Source: Octopus vulgaris (lineage: Eukaryota). Taken from it: a stretch of 64,000 nt of DNA. Positions 1-11,630 of this stretch are shown here, one piece after another. Within the stretch, counting starts at the first letter, position 1, and every line of letters begins with the position of its first letter. The stretch lies in assembly GCA_951406725.2 (NCBI GenBank), contig OX597817.1, positions 30,938,001-31,002,000 of the forward strand. Reading direction: 5' to 3'. Both the position numbers and the translations under genes were made by a program. Under the pieces are notes generated by a model. That model searched no databases. It was not told where the DNA came from and saw only the letters and a list, made by a program, of their open reading frames with translations.

Positions 1-649
1 TAGGGGAGTCGATTGCAAGTACATTCTCGTACAAACTCACTTCATTTGACTGTATGTCGCCACTGAGGATAGTGAGAGGAGCATGTGAGTTTGATGTCCG
101 TGAAGTTCTTTCTCACTTAAAAAGAAAAACATCATGGTTAAGCATTGGTGTAGCCATGATGTTCTGATGAACTGAAGAGCTAGCTTTGTCACGTATATTT
201 GCCATGTTACGTGTATATTTGCAGCGTAATCCTACAGATATTAAGTGATTAAATATATTCACCCCTCATACCTGCTGACATTTTATGGTTTCTATGTATG
301 TATATGTATGTATACACATACACACACACACACTCTTATATTTGTACGAATGAATGATTTTTTATGTATATTGATATATAAAAACAAACATTAATTGACG
401 GATCAATCAATACAGTTACGAAGGGTATCAAATTTTATCATTAAAAGGGAAAGCTTGATAGTAACTTCGTAATTTCGGCTCAGCTACATTCACCACTCTG
501 GCGGAGGCCACGGTTTTTTCAAGCATTGCATCTATTTTGCCTTTCTTTCAAAATTAAAGTTTAACTTTACTTTTTTTAAATATAGACACAAAAGTATCTG
601 GTCATTTATCTCTGCAATTACAACATCTCTTTGCCTGAAAACATAGACA

Positions 650-930
650 GAAATTATATCGATCGGCTTCACAGCCGATTCAATAAATTGTTGAACTACG
701 GAGCACCTCTTCTCATTTTGATATCCAGAACATAGAGACCAAACCTCATTGGTTAAATATATCTGCAGCCTTAAAAACGAATGGCGAAAACATTAAAATA
801 AACTAGACAGTCATTGAAAATGTCAACCTATACAACAACATTCTAGCATTCATCCTGAATCTGACGACAGAATGCAACATATTTTTAACTAAAAGTCTGA
901 GCTTTTCTCAAAGATCGGTATCTCGTAAGA
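650..930 (+). mobile_element. Degenerate Penelope-like (PLE) GIY-YIG C-terminal fragment
   Basis: Frameshifted translation gives QTSLVKYICSLKNE...IN(W*)TVIEKCQPYNN, resembling the PLE C-terminal 'T.LSKYIW.LK...I.W.II.K..PY' motif. Confidence 0.45.
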
Positions 931-1548
931 CAATTTCAACTACAGACGGGCAAAATCCATAGTTCTATATGCATTAATCAGCAACGAAAAAAAAAACGTT
1001 TTAAAAAATACATTTTGTACTGATATTTTTACATTTTCAAAGTCATAAGATCTGTTACAACACATTTAATACCATGATAATAATGTTTACATTTACCAAT
1101 ATTTACCTTTTCATTTTCATATATTTTCCTTCTTGTATGAGTGTATGCGCATATATGTGTGCATGTATGTATCCATACACACATCAATGCAAACACCCAT
1201 TCAAACATACACACGCATATAGATATGCATAAATACATAATTTTATTATAAATATGTTTTACTACATATAATTCTTGGTAATATCCACTTTTGTACTCGC
1301 AACTCTTTTTATTATACTGTTATGTTTTATGCATGCAGCTTTTTAACTATTATGCATACTGCACGTATTATATGTATTACATAAATATATATATATATAT
1401 GCATTATGTATTATGTATATTTTATAATTTATGGTACATATTTTATTTTACTTTATATTCTATATATTAGTTATATATATTATATGTATGGTTGAGCATG
1501 TGTGCAAATTTATGGATATGTAAGAATGCATATATTTATGGATATGTC

Positions 1549-1579
<31 letters not shown>

Positions 1580-2009
1580 GTATGTGCATGCGTGTACATA
1601 CACCCATACATGCACAAACATGTGCACGCGTGTTTGTCAAGTAACAGATGAATAAAAAAAATAGATATACAGGCGACAGGATACACTGACAAATATATTT
1701 AAAATCAATTTAGTAGAGAGACATTTGTAAGCGTTTATCGTTATGCGTGTACACGCATACACAAACGCATATATCTTATATGTGTATGTTTGTGTGTCTG
1801 AGTCTATGTTGCATAAGTATATATGGGAATGAATGAAAAGAGGCATAGCTACATGAACAGATATGGATAATCGAATTATTATAGCAATATATATGTGAGG
1901 ACTTGTATGTGTGTCTATACGCAAGGCTTTTGACTTCTATGTGTCTCCGGAAGCGTGTGTGTGTACCGTGCGTATGAGTGTGTGTCTCTGTGTGTGTGAA
2001 TGTGCATAT

Positions 2010-2346
2010 GTGAAGGCTCTTGGATTAGTGGTTAGAGTATTCGGCTCACGATCGGAAGGTCGTGTGTTCAATTCCATGCGGCGCGTTTTGTCCCTGAGCA
2101 AAACACTTTATTTCACATTGTTTCAGTTCATTCAGCTGGCAAAAATGAGTAGTACTTGTATTTCTAAAGGCCAACTTTGTCTTATTCTGTATCTCATTCT
2201 GTATCACGCTGAGTCTCCCGGAGAACTACGTCCAGAGTATGCGTGTCTGTGGAGTGCTCAGCCACTTGCATCTTAATTTCACGAACAGGCTCTTCCGTTG
2301 GGCACATCAACTAGAACCCTTGTCGTCACAACCGACGGAGTGCCAG
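2010..2346 (+). mobile_element. Older tRNA-derived SINE sharing its 3' half with SINE family A
   Basis: tRNA-like head (TAGTGGTTAG...GTTCAATTCC); 3' part TCTGTGGAGTGCTCAGCCACTT...ACCGACGGAGTGC matches 3663-3758. Confidence 0.75.
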
Positions 2347-2380
2347 TTAGTATGTATATATTTATGTATATAAATTTATC

Positions 2381-2703
2381 TGTTTCAGTCGCCTGCAGTC
2401 TTGCTGGGGCACCATCTAGAAGGGTTTTGGTCGAACAAATCGACCCCAGGACATTTTTTTGAAGCCTAATGCTTATTCTATCGGTCTGTCAAGCGGTGAT
2501 GAGGGGACAAACACAGACACTCATATACATAGATAGACATATACATATAAACGACGCGCTTCTTTCAGTTTCTGCCCACCAAATCCACTCACAAAGCTCT
2601 TGTTGACCTGAGGCTATAGCAGAAGACACACGTCCAAGGTGTCTCGCAGTAGGACTGAAACCAGAACCATGTGGTTGGGAAGCAAGCTTCTTACCACACA
2701 GCC
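2381..2703 (-). mobile_element. SINE family B copy, internally deleted
   Basis: Reverse complement matches 8925-9345 (GGCTGTGTGGTAAG...GAAACTGAAAGAAGC...GACTGAAACA). Confidence 0.8.
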
Positions 2704-2723
2704 TATACATATATATATATAAA

Positions 2724-2980
2724 AGAAAAATGTTACTAGCAGGTGACTACGGGACTCGAACCCGTACCCCTCAGATACCGCCGGCCGAGTGCGTGAACTA
2801 TTAATTTAAATGACTCCCCCCTGACAACAATTACCGTCAGTTTTAATGCTAAATAATTTTCGAATGTGGGGAGGGGAAATCGTTGCTAGGGAGCTGTTTA
2901 GCTTAATGGTTAGGGCACTCGGCTAATACTTGAGGAGTATAGGTTCGAATCCCGTAGCTGCCTGCTGGCAACTTTTTTTT
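2724..2980. repeat. Divergent inverted pair of tRNA-like (Pol III A/B box) units
   Basis: + arm 2889-2980 has TAGCTTAATGGTTAG, GGTTCGAATCCC and a T-run; - arm 2820-2724 has GGTTCGAGTCCCGTAGTCACCTGCTAGTAAC and a T-run; the arms are imperfect reverse complements. Confidence 0.65.
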
Positions 2981-3382
2981 CTGTCTTTGTTGCTGTAGAA
3001 GGTTGTAGGTTTTTCCCATATCGAAGTACGATAAGCTGAAAAAAGTTTGTTAATTTTTATAGTTCATGGTTAGCGTCAAGGGTTGCTATGAATGCGAATG
3101 AAAAATATATGTAGTTTAGATATAACACAGTATGAATGAGATGAACGAGAACAAATCTGAATATGAGAAAACCTTACATAGGAATGAAAATAAAGAACAT
3201 TTTCTCTATATTTAATGATGTACAGAAAAAAGAAGATACCTTCTGACAGACCGTTTCAGGTGTGTGTGCCACTCTACGGAGAAGATACACGGCTTCCGAG
3301 TTCAATCAACAACTTATATCAGCTACGAATAAAGTAGTCAGGAATTAAACTAACTCCGTCGTGGATAGCCTATTTTGCATGA

Positions 3383-3772
3383 TGGAGGCGCAATGGCCCA
3401 GTGGTTAGTGCAGCGGACTCGCGGTCATAGGATCGCGGTTTCGATTCCCAGACCGGGCATTGTGAGTGTTTATTGAGCGAAAACACCTAAAGCTCCACGA
3501 GGCTCCGGCAGGGGATGGTGGAGCTCCCTGCTGTACTCTTTCACCACAACTTTCTCTCACTCTTTCTTCCTGTTTCTGCTGTACCTGTATTTCAAAGGGC
3601 CGGCCTTGTCACTCTCTGTGTCACGCTGAATATCCCCGAAAACTACGTTAAGGGTACACGTGTCTGTGGAGTGCTCAGCCACTTACACGTTAATTTCACG
3701 AGCAGGCTGTTCCGTTGATTCGGATCAACCGGAACCCTCGTGGTAACCGACGGAGTGCTTCCAACAACCAAA
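3383..3772 (+). mobile_element. Young tRNA-derived SINE family A, full length
   Basis: A box TGGCCCAGTGGTTAG, B box GGTTTCGATTCCC; TSD ATTTTGCATG at 3372-3381 and 3773-3782; near-identical to five other copies. Confidence 0.92.
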
Positions 3773-5136
3773 ATTTTGCATGTTTGTGCTGTTGTTGAAG
3801 GAGATATTCGGAGGTCTTCTCAGGGACTTAATGTGAAATATGTGCGTCAGTTTCTCGAGTCGCCTTGAGGCCGCTCTCAAGCAAGTAATTTGAGTAAACT
3901 ATTATCTCCCAGCCATAATCCAGTCGTTATATGTTTTTAGAATATTTTTATTTTTGGGTGGGATATTGTTTTCTTTACTTCTTTTATGCAAACTGTCAAG
4001 TTTAACCCGAACGCCCTGTGTATATATAGAGATACATGTGTATGCGCGTGCGTATGTGTGACTATTCTTAACACGCAGAATCTTTGCTAAAACTAATATT
4101 TCATCCGGCTAGATCATCTTTAATTTGAAATTTTTTTCCAGCATAATAAGGCTCTGTAATTCTTTTGTCTTATGTCCAAAGAATGGCCAATTGTATATTC
4201 TCTTTCTAATTACATCTAAATTTTTAAAATGTTTGTTACAGAAAAACCATCTTTCTGCTTGCATTGTTTGAGATCTTGGAATTAGCTATTCAATTCTTCT
4301 TTCTTTTTTTCTTCTTGAAAATTAACTGTAAATTGTAAAAGAGAGCAATGTCCAACGTTTATTGCTTCTTTTAGTGTTTCTGTCATTGCTTCTTTTAGTG
4401 TTTCTGTCATTGTTCAGCTTTCGCTTCTATGGAATACAACTCTTTCAATGAAACCCTTGACTTGGAAAAGTTGCATTTAATTGTATCACTGACTGAATAA
4501 TTTGTTTACCAGGCTAATCCGCAAACTTGTCTCAAAACATTTCCACTCTCTGTTATGTCATTTCATCGGTAACAAAAGTATGACAATAAGAATTTGAACT
4601 CTTGCAACGGTGTATAGGATTGTTAAGTTCAGGTTCAACATATATTATTTTTGGCTTTTAATTCTTTGATTTTTTTTTGTCCCACTTTTGTGAAATCGTT
4701 TCAAATTTTTGTTACGTTTCAGCTTGAAAAGAATTACCAGTGAAAAATTTTAGTGTCTATTAATATGCAAGTTTTAAAGCAGTAAATGTAATGGAGACCC
4801 CCTACCCGAGTCGCATTCCCATTGTCTTTTGCATATATTTACATATTACCTAAGGATCTCTAATAATTATAAATGTTAAGGTACAAGTGTGTTTCCTTGT
4901 AGTACGCCAGAAGATGTCACAAATTCATCCTTGTTGCCCGAAGCAATGCGAACATAAGAACACACGTCAATGTACAAGGACATATTAGCATTAAGGAAGG
5001 AATCTGGAATTTTACAAAAGCTTAGGGTGTCTTGAATTGTTGCCATTTTTAAACAATCAAAAACCTAAGAAAATTGCAGCAAGTTTACATGATCGCGTCT
5101 TTTCGAGCGGCAGATATCAGTGTATATGCTGAATAA

Positions 5137-5350
5137 TGGTTTCAAATTTTGGCACGAAGCCAGCTGTTTTGTAAGAAGAAATTAAATCAATTACATTGAT
5201 CTCAATGCTCAACTGGTACTTATTTTATTGATTCCGAAAGGAAAAGGCAAAAATCGAACTCAGTGGAATTTAAACTCCGAACGGAAAACGGCCGAAATGT
5301 CGCTAAGCATTTCGCCTGGTGTGCTAACGATTCAGCCAGCTCGCCACCTT
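5137..5350 (-). mobile_element. SINE family C copy, diverged
   Basis: Matches 28685-28916 (AACTGGTACTT...GAAAGG...CAGCTCGCC.CCTT). Confidence 0.75.
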
Positions 5351-5361
5351 AAGCATATGTT

Positions 5362-5786
5362 TAATAAATAGAGAATTCCAAACTCATTCCCTATGGATAC
5401 CGTATTTATTACAACGAGTGGCTTGTAAACGTATCTAACGAGCGAAATCGAGTTAGATACGTTTACAAGCCACGAGTTGTAATAAATACGGTATCCATAG
5501 GGAATGAGTTTGGTATTTTATTTATTACACACGAATAAACGACCATATTTTATTAACCCAATAACTAAATTCTTCACGTTTAGTTGTAACTTATGAATGA
5601 CAAAAGTAGCGCCGTCACCGTGACCTCGGGTCATCACCATATATTGACCAATCAGAAGCAGCGCTGTCACCGTGACCTCGGGTCATCACCATGGATTGAC
5701 CAATCAGAAGCAGCGCTCGCAGTATCTGACATATGTTAGATATCAAAAATATCTCAAAGTGTTCTCACTCACATGTGTGTAATAAT
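5362..5786. mobile_element. Non-autonomous foldback element (Crypton-like) with ~165-bp palindrome and 2 x 52-bp direct repeat
   Basis: Arms 5378-5439 and 5452-5513 are near-perfect reverse complements, extending to 5362/5527; 52-bp tandem at 5608/5660 carries TTGACCAATCAGA; right end TGTGTAATAA mirrors TTATTACACA at 5522. Confidence 0.65.
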
Positions 5787-6989
5787 AATATTTATTTAGC
5801 GCCATTCCGATTTTGCGTGAAGCCATAATGAATACTTAGAATTAATTACTTCATTATTCTTCCAAGTCTTGTGCGTATATGTGCACTTTGATATCGTGGC
5901 AAAATATTATTTTCTTTCTTTTGAATTGCCATTGTTTTAAATTTTCCGTTATTTTAGCAGATCATCTCCAATGACTAAGGGATTCATAAATAATAAATGA
6001 AGTTTGGTAGAAGGAAAAAAAATATTGTACATCTAACAGAATTTCGTTTCGTCCAACAGTTTTTCTACAAACAGTTACGATTGCCAATTTTTAAAAATTT
6101 AGCTAATTTCTTCAGAAGTTGCTTGAGGCACTCCGAGTACGACGCTATTCGATTCCAAGTTGATGGCTAACAACCCATGACATCGAATAATATTTATTAT
6201 ATCAGATTTATATCGCAAAGCATGCCGCGGCTCGCTGAAATTAATTTAGCTCTTTACTGAGAAATTGTTAGGGGGGTGTAAAGAAAGTTCTCAAAGCGGC
6301 TCATAATAGTGCATTGACTTATTTTAAGGCTATAGTTTTCTACCTAGAATTGTTTATATAATGTTTGTATTTTTCTTCACCTACATTTCTTAATTTTCTA
6401 ATCTATTTGTAAAAGTGCCATTTTCTTCACCAAAACGACGGTGCTCCAGCATGGCCCCAGTCAAATGACAAAAAGAAGTATAAGAATAAAGCAATTAAAT
6501 GGAATATACCGTTCTCCTGGTTTTCAAAAGAATTATTTTCTGTGTAATTTCTGTGTATTTTCTGTGTAATTTAAGGCAATTAGCAAAGAATTTTATCTAA
6601 AAAAAAAGCTGTAATTTTAATTATTTATCTCTATCATATAATGACTAAGTAGGTTTCCGCTTTTTCAGAAGTGTTTTGCGTACCTTCTTATGTGCAAAGA
6701 TTTGTATGATATATCTGAAATCAATATTTCAACAAAATTCCGATTTGATGTGAAGCGAGTTAAGATCGTCAAATAATCCATGTTTGTTCTGCGACATTTC
6801 TTTATCGGTTTATGTTTATTTAATGGTAGTTGCGACTTCCGTTGAAACCATCATGTGAAAGATCCAGAGTGATGAAAATCTGGAGTCGTACAAAAGTTAT
6901 CAGATGATATGGTGACATGTTTCTTCTGAGAAGTTGTTTATCGAGAATGAAATGTTAATAATAAATAGGGCGTCAACGGCAGCTACAAA

Positions 6990-8480
6990 TGAACATGATG
7001 TTTAAAAGCTTACCAAAAACTTTTTCTACTGAGGATGCGATTACAGGCATCATAGCAAAAAGCATGAATCATGAACCCAAATTTGGAATGATATTTTCCA
7101 ACTGTAACTGTGTATTTTATTGGGGAGGGGGAAGAAAAACAAGGGTTTATGAATGCAGTTCCTGAAATTCGCTGTCTTTGAAATTTTTTATGATTCGCAT
7201 CAGCATTGTAGACTTTTGAAAATGCCATTCAACCCTTCTTACAGATATTGTCAGAGAAATGACAGAATGCCAGAAACTTGTTTATAGCTTCTAATGGTTT
7301 TGTTAGACCCCACGATGATTTAATCGACAATTAGAAAAAAATGCTATCCGAAATAATGATTTTGCATGTCAGGATCCACAAGGTCAAGTTTTATCATTTG
7401 ATCAGTTCTCAAAAAAGACAATTTCGCTTTCTTTCATTCATTTGCAGATTCATTTCAATTTGTTGTAAGTAGAATATCAAATTGATCTCGCAGTTTCTGC
7501 AAGATTTCGATGAGCTTTTCAATACCAATAGTGCTACTTCCTGTCTGCAATACAATGGTGCTAATGGAAGATATAGTGTTGAACCGGATGAGTGACAAGG
7601 CTATTCATCTCAGCGAGAACATTTATATATTAGCTCCTGAAAATTCACGTCTGACATTCCGTATCAGGTTGCAGAAAATACTATTGGGTAAATGTGATAC
7701 CATTGAGACTTCATACAAATGATTTCACACTATAGACTCTGACAGACTCAGGGTACTTGATACGCGAGAAGTGATTGAAAGCCCGCGAGTGTCAGGATTT
7801 ATCAACTTTTGGACCATAAGTAAATATATTATAGACACGTTTAATAGTTCTGACTAAGATAACTACGCTGTTGAATCTGTACCACACAAATTCAGTATAA
7901 AGCATCTACATGGTGAGAAAATAGCGACATGATTTTAATCAAATATCCTTTGTACTCACTTGTACTTGGATACTATTTGGGAACCATTGTCATATTATTG
8001 ACCCCTGCAAGTCTTCCAAGGAAATTTTCAATGTTTCTTTTATCAGGTTTCCAATCTCAGTACTTGTTTTCTCACAAAAGTCTAGAAAAGTAGATATCTC
8101 TCTTGAATCGTAAACGCACAATCTATACTTTCAAAGTAACATGATAAATGTTGTCTGTTCGACATGTATGGAATCAGGGGTCACATCAACTATTATTGAA
8201 CATATTTTGCCTTCGATCTTTCAGAGATTAACAAGACTGAAGCAAAAAGAAATGATTTCAGTTTGTGATTCAGCTAACAAATAATGTACTTGCAACATAT
8301 TTTTTCTTTTGTTCTGGCTTTCTTTGAATTTCCTGGTATGGGTTTTTAGTACGGTATCCTATTGAGATAAAACTCAACAAGCCTAAGAAGGCTACCAATT
8401 TGAACATTGCAATCAGGTGAGAAGTACCACAGAATGTCAATATTCTTTCAACCTTCACAAAAAAAGTAGCGGTAATTACA
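6990..8480 (-). mobile_element. Decayed hAT-superfamily transposase
   Basis: Minus-strand frames give HYLLAESQTE, IIVDVTPDSIHVEQTTFI, CRGQ*YDNG, AIFSPC, LNLCG and the dimerisation-like PNL...MPVIASSVEKVF; many stops and frameshifts. Confidence 0.8.
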
Positions 8481-8924
8481 CGGTGTAAAATATTACTCTA
8501 GTTATCATTCTCTGCTACACTTTTTTTCATGGAGAACATATTCCATGCAAATGTCGGAATGAAATCTTTATTGAAGCGCCTTCTATGTTGTATTATTCAC
8601 TTTATAATAGTTACTACGTTCGCCGTCCGGAATTTCGTTAAATAATTCTTTTCATTTTTCTACGGTAGACCACAGATTCTTTGTTGTTAATTATCATTAT
8701 GTCTGCTTTTTCCAAAGATTCGACATACTAAACAAAATATGACTTTGGCTTCTCATTCCCTCCCATACATTTCGCCTTTGTAGTCTCTGTATTTAAAGAT
8801 GCTACCCGAAAATGTTTGCCACTCATTCTTGCTTTGAAATGTTTCAAGCAAGGGTATATATATCCTTTCCATATTTTAAAATTATTTTCTGCATTTCTTT
8901 CTCTTAAATCTATCCCTGCTATTC

Positions 8925-9104
8925 AGCAGTGGCTGTGTGGTAAATAGCTTGCTTACCAACCACATGGTTCCGGGTTCAGTCCCACTGCGTGGCACCTTGG
9001 GAAAGTGTCTTTTACTATAACCTCGGGTCCACCAAAGCCTTGTGAGTGGATTTGATAGACAGAAACTGAAAGAATCCCGTCGTATATATGTATATGCATG
9101 TGTG

Positions 9105-9135
<31 letters not shown>

Positions 9136-9345
9136 TTGTGTGTCTGCGTTTGTCCCCCCAACATCGCTTGACAACCGATGCTGGTGTGTTTACGTCCCCG
9201 TAACTTAGCGGTTCGGCAAGAGAGACCGACAGAATAAGTACTAGGCTTACAAGGAATAAGTCTTGGGGTCGACTTGCTCGACTAAAGGCGGTGCTCCAGC
9301 ATGGCCGCAATCAAAATGACTGAAACAAGTAAAAGAGTAAAAGAG
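8925..9345 (+). mobile_element. SINE family B, full length, with internal (TA/TG)n
   Basis: Head GGCTGTGTGGTAA...GGTTCAGTCCC, internal microsatellite, tail (GTAAAAGA)n; more than 10 relatives in the window. Confidence 0.9.
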
Positions 9346-10005
9346 TCTTTTTCATAGCTTGCTCTTGAGTAGTGTTATTCTATTGATATTCAAGTGTGAT
9401 ATATTGGGGCATAGTACATGATCAGCAGTTTCGTTCTAAGGTTTCGATGAACTCGGGTTTTCTGATTGTTCATCAGCAGATATTCCAGTTTCCAAGGATA
9501 AATATCCACCACTTTAGAAGTAATACTCATATCATGTAAGGACATGTTTGTTGTGTGTTACCGTCTATCACTTGCTTTTCTTTCTCTTTGCTTTTATGCT
9601 TCAGACTTACACTGATATTATCAAAAATCATATCTTTCTTACAGCGAAGGATAATATTAATAAAATAGTTTTAGCTTGGAGGACATCCTATTAGAGATAA
9701 TCTTCACTGCTTGTGTGTATGTGTGTGTGTAAGCGTGTGTGCGTGCGTGTGTGTGTGTAAGCGTGTGCAAGCGTGTACAAATGTGTATGTATGTATATAT
9801 GTATGTGCGAGTGTGCATGATCTATCCTATCTTTTAAATTATAACGGGAAGCCAGTAACATGAAATGTGTAAAACATTTTACTGATTGCTGGAGGAATGA
9901 ATGTAGAAAAAAAATACGGAAGAAAGAACGAGAGAGAAAGCTTGTATGTGATTGTGTCTAATTCAATAATGAAATCAAATATTTCAAGCGGTAGTTTCTA
10001 GGAAA

Positions 10006-10393
10006 GTGGAGGCGCAATGGCCCTGTGGTTAGTGCAGCGGACTCGCGGTCGTAGGATCGCGGTTTCGATTCCCAGACCAGGCGTTGTGAGTGTTTATTGA
10101 GCGAAAACACCTAAAGCTCCACGAGGCTCCGGCAGGGATGGTGGTGATCCCTGCTGTACTCTTTCACCACAACTTTCTCTCACTCTTACTTCCTGTTTCT
10201 GTTGTACCTGTATTTCAAAGGGCCGGCCTTGTCACTCTCTGTGTCACGCTGAATATCCCCGAAAACTACGTTAAGGGTACACGTGTCTGTGGAGTGCTCA
10301 GCCACTTACACGTTAATTTCACGAGCAGGCTGTTCCGTTGATCGGATCAACCGGAACCCTCGTCGTCATAACCGACGGAGTGCTTCCATCCAG
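10006..10393 (+). mobile_element. SINE family A, full length
   Basis: TSD TCTAGGAAA at 9997-10005 and 10394-10402. Confidence 0.92.
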
Positions 10394-10807
10394 TCTAGGA
10401 AAATTTATTAAAAGGAGGTGAGTGAGGTGGAAACAAATCATGGTGATTCAGATAAGGACGTAAGGAGTAAGGGCAAAGCAGAAGATTAGTGCTGGTGAGA
10501 ACATGTAAGCCCACAACTACTAATGGGGTACCCAGCTAAAGTTAGTATATCGTTGTTTTATAGCAAAGTACGGATTAATGATTCGTAGCCGACATCAATT
10601 GATGTGTCTAGGCTTGTGTCACTGCCACCGAAAACTGACTGATGTATCACGCGTATTCGTTACTTTTCATATCTATTTTTCAGCTTTGACTTGCAGGGTA
10701 TCATTAGACCTACCATGTGGACATTTGCAAGTATGCTTAGATTTAGATGCTTTATTTTTTTATCCCCTACAGGCAATTATTTAATCCCTTAGAGGAATAC
10801 AATATAT

Positions 10808-11630
10808 TTTCCTAAATTAGGCACAAGGCCAGAACGTGACTGGAGGATGTTAGTCGATTAAATCAAGCTCGCTACATAATTAGCACTACTTTATAGACTC
10901 CGGAGGGACGAAAGCCAAAGTAGACTTCGGTAGGACACAAACTCGGAAGACAAAGATCCGAAAGAAATACTACTACACAGTATTTCTTTCGATATAATCG
11001 ACTTAAGCCGTTTGTCTGTCCTTGTTTGTTCCCTCTGTGTGTAGCCCCTTGTGGGCAGTAATGAAATAAGAAATACTGCTACACATTTTATCATCATCTT
11101 TAATAATTTCTAATTGAGGCATAAGGTCAGAAATTACCTAACGGTAAGTTAGGCGATTGTGTCGGCCCAGTACTTGACTGGTACTTTATTCTATCGATTC
11201 TGAAAGGAAAAAAGGCAAAATTGAACTCCACCGAATTTGAACTCAGAACATTAGGAAGCTGAAACAAATACCGGTGCAATGATGAAAGGATAAAAAACAA
11301 AATTGAGCCTCTACGGAAGTTGAACTCAGAACGTAAAGATGGACGAAATGCCGCAAGGCTTTTAGCCGGGCGTGCTAACGATTCATCCGCGTCACCGTCT
11401 TAATGACTGACATTGGTTTCAAATTTTGGCATAAGGCCAGCAGTTTCGGGGTAGTGGGTAAGTCGATTACATCGAACCCAGTGCTCAACTGGTACTTATT
11501 TCATCGACCACGAAAGGATGAAAGGCAAAGATGATCCCCGGCAGCATTTGAATTCAGAGCGTAAAGTCAGAAGAAATGCTGTAAAGTAACTTGTCCGGCG
11601 CGGTAATGATTCTGTTTGTTCAACGCCTTT
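10808..11630. mobile_element. Cluster of SINE family C fragments, mostly minus with one plus 3' end at 10989-11070
   Basis: Repeated GAACTCAGAAC / ACTGGTACTT / GAAAGGCAAA motifs. Confidence 0.7.

Noticed and set aside
128-172. Hairpin followed by CTGATGA (possible type III hammerhead)
   Set aside because: No helix II/GAAA downstream and no UH before the stem
2889-2965. Functional tRNA gene
   Set aside because: Acceptor and anticodon stems pair poorly; treated as a tRNA-derived repeat
3466-3718. Recurrent peptides MFIERKHLKL... / MVVIPAVLFHHNF... in several ORFs, suggesting a gene family
   Set aside because: All lie within SINE A copies with TSDs, and frames shift between copies
7448-7464. 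17-nt segment between a strong acceptor (TTTGCAG) and GTAAGT
   Set aside because: Lies antisense within the hAT transposase remnant and is not frame-preserving; exonisation is possible but unsupported
10685-10731. Possible 47-nt exon (ALTCRVSLDLPCGHLQ)
   Set aside because: Weak donor (GTATGC), no linkage to other exons, within chance expectation
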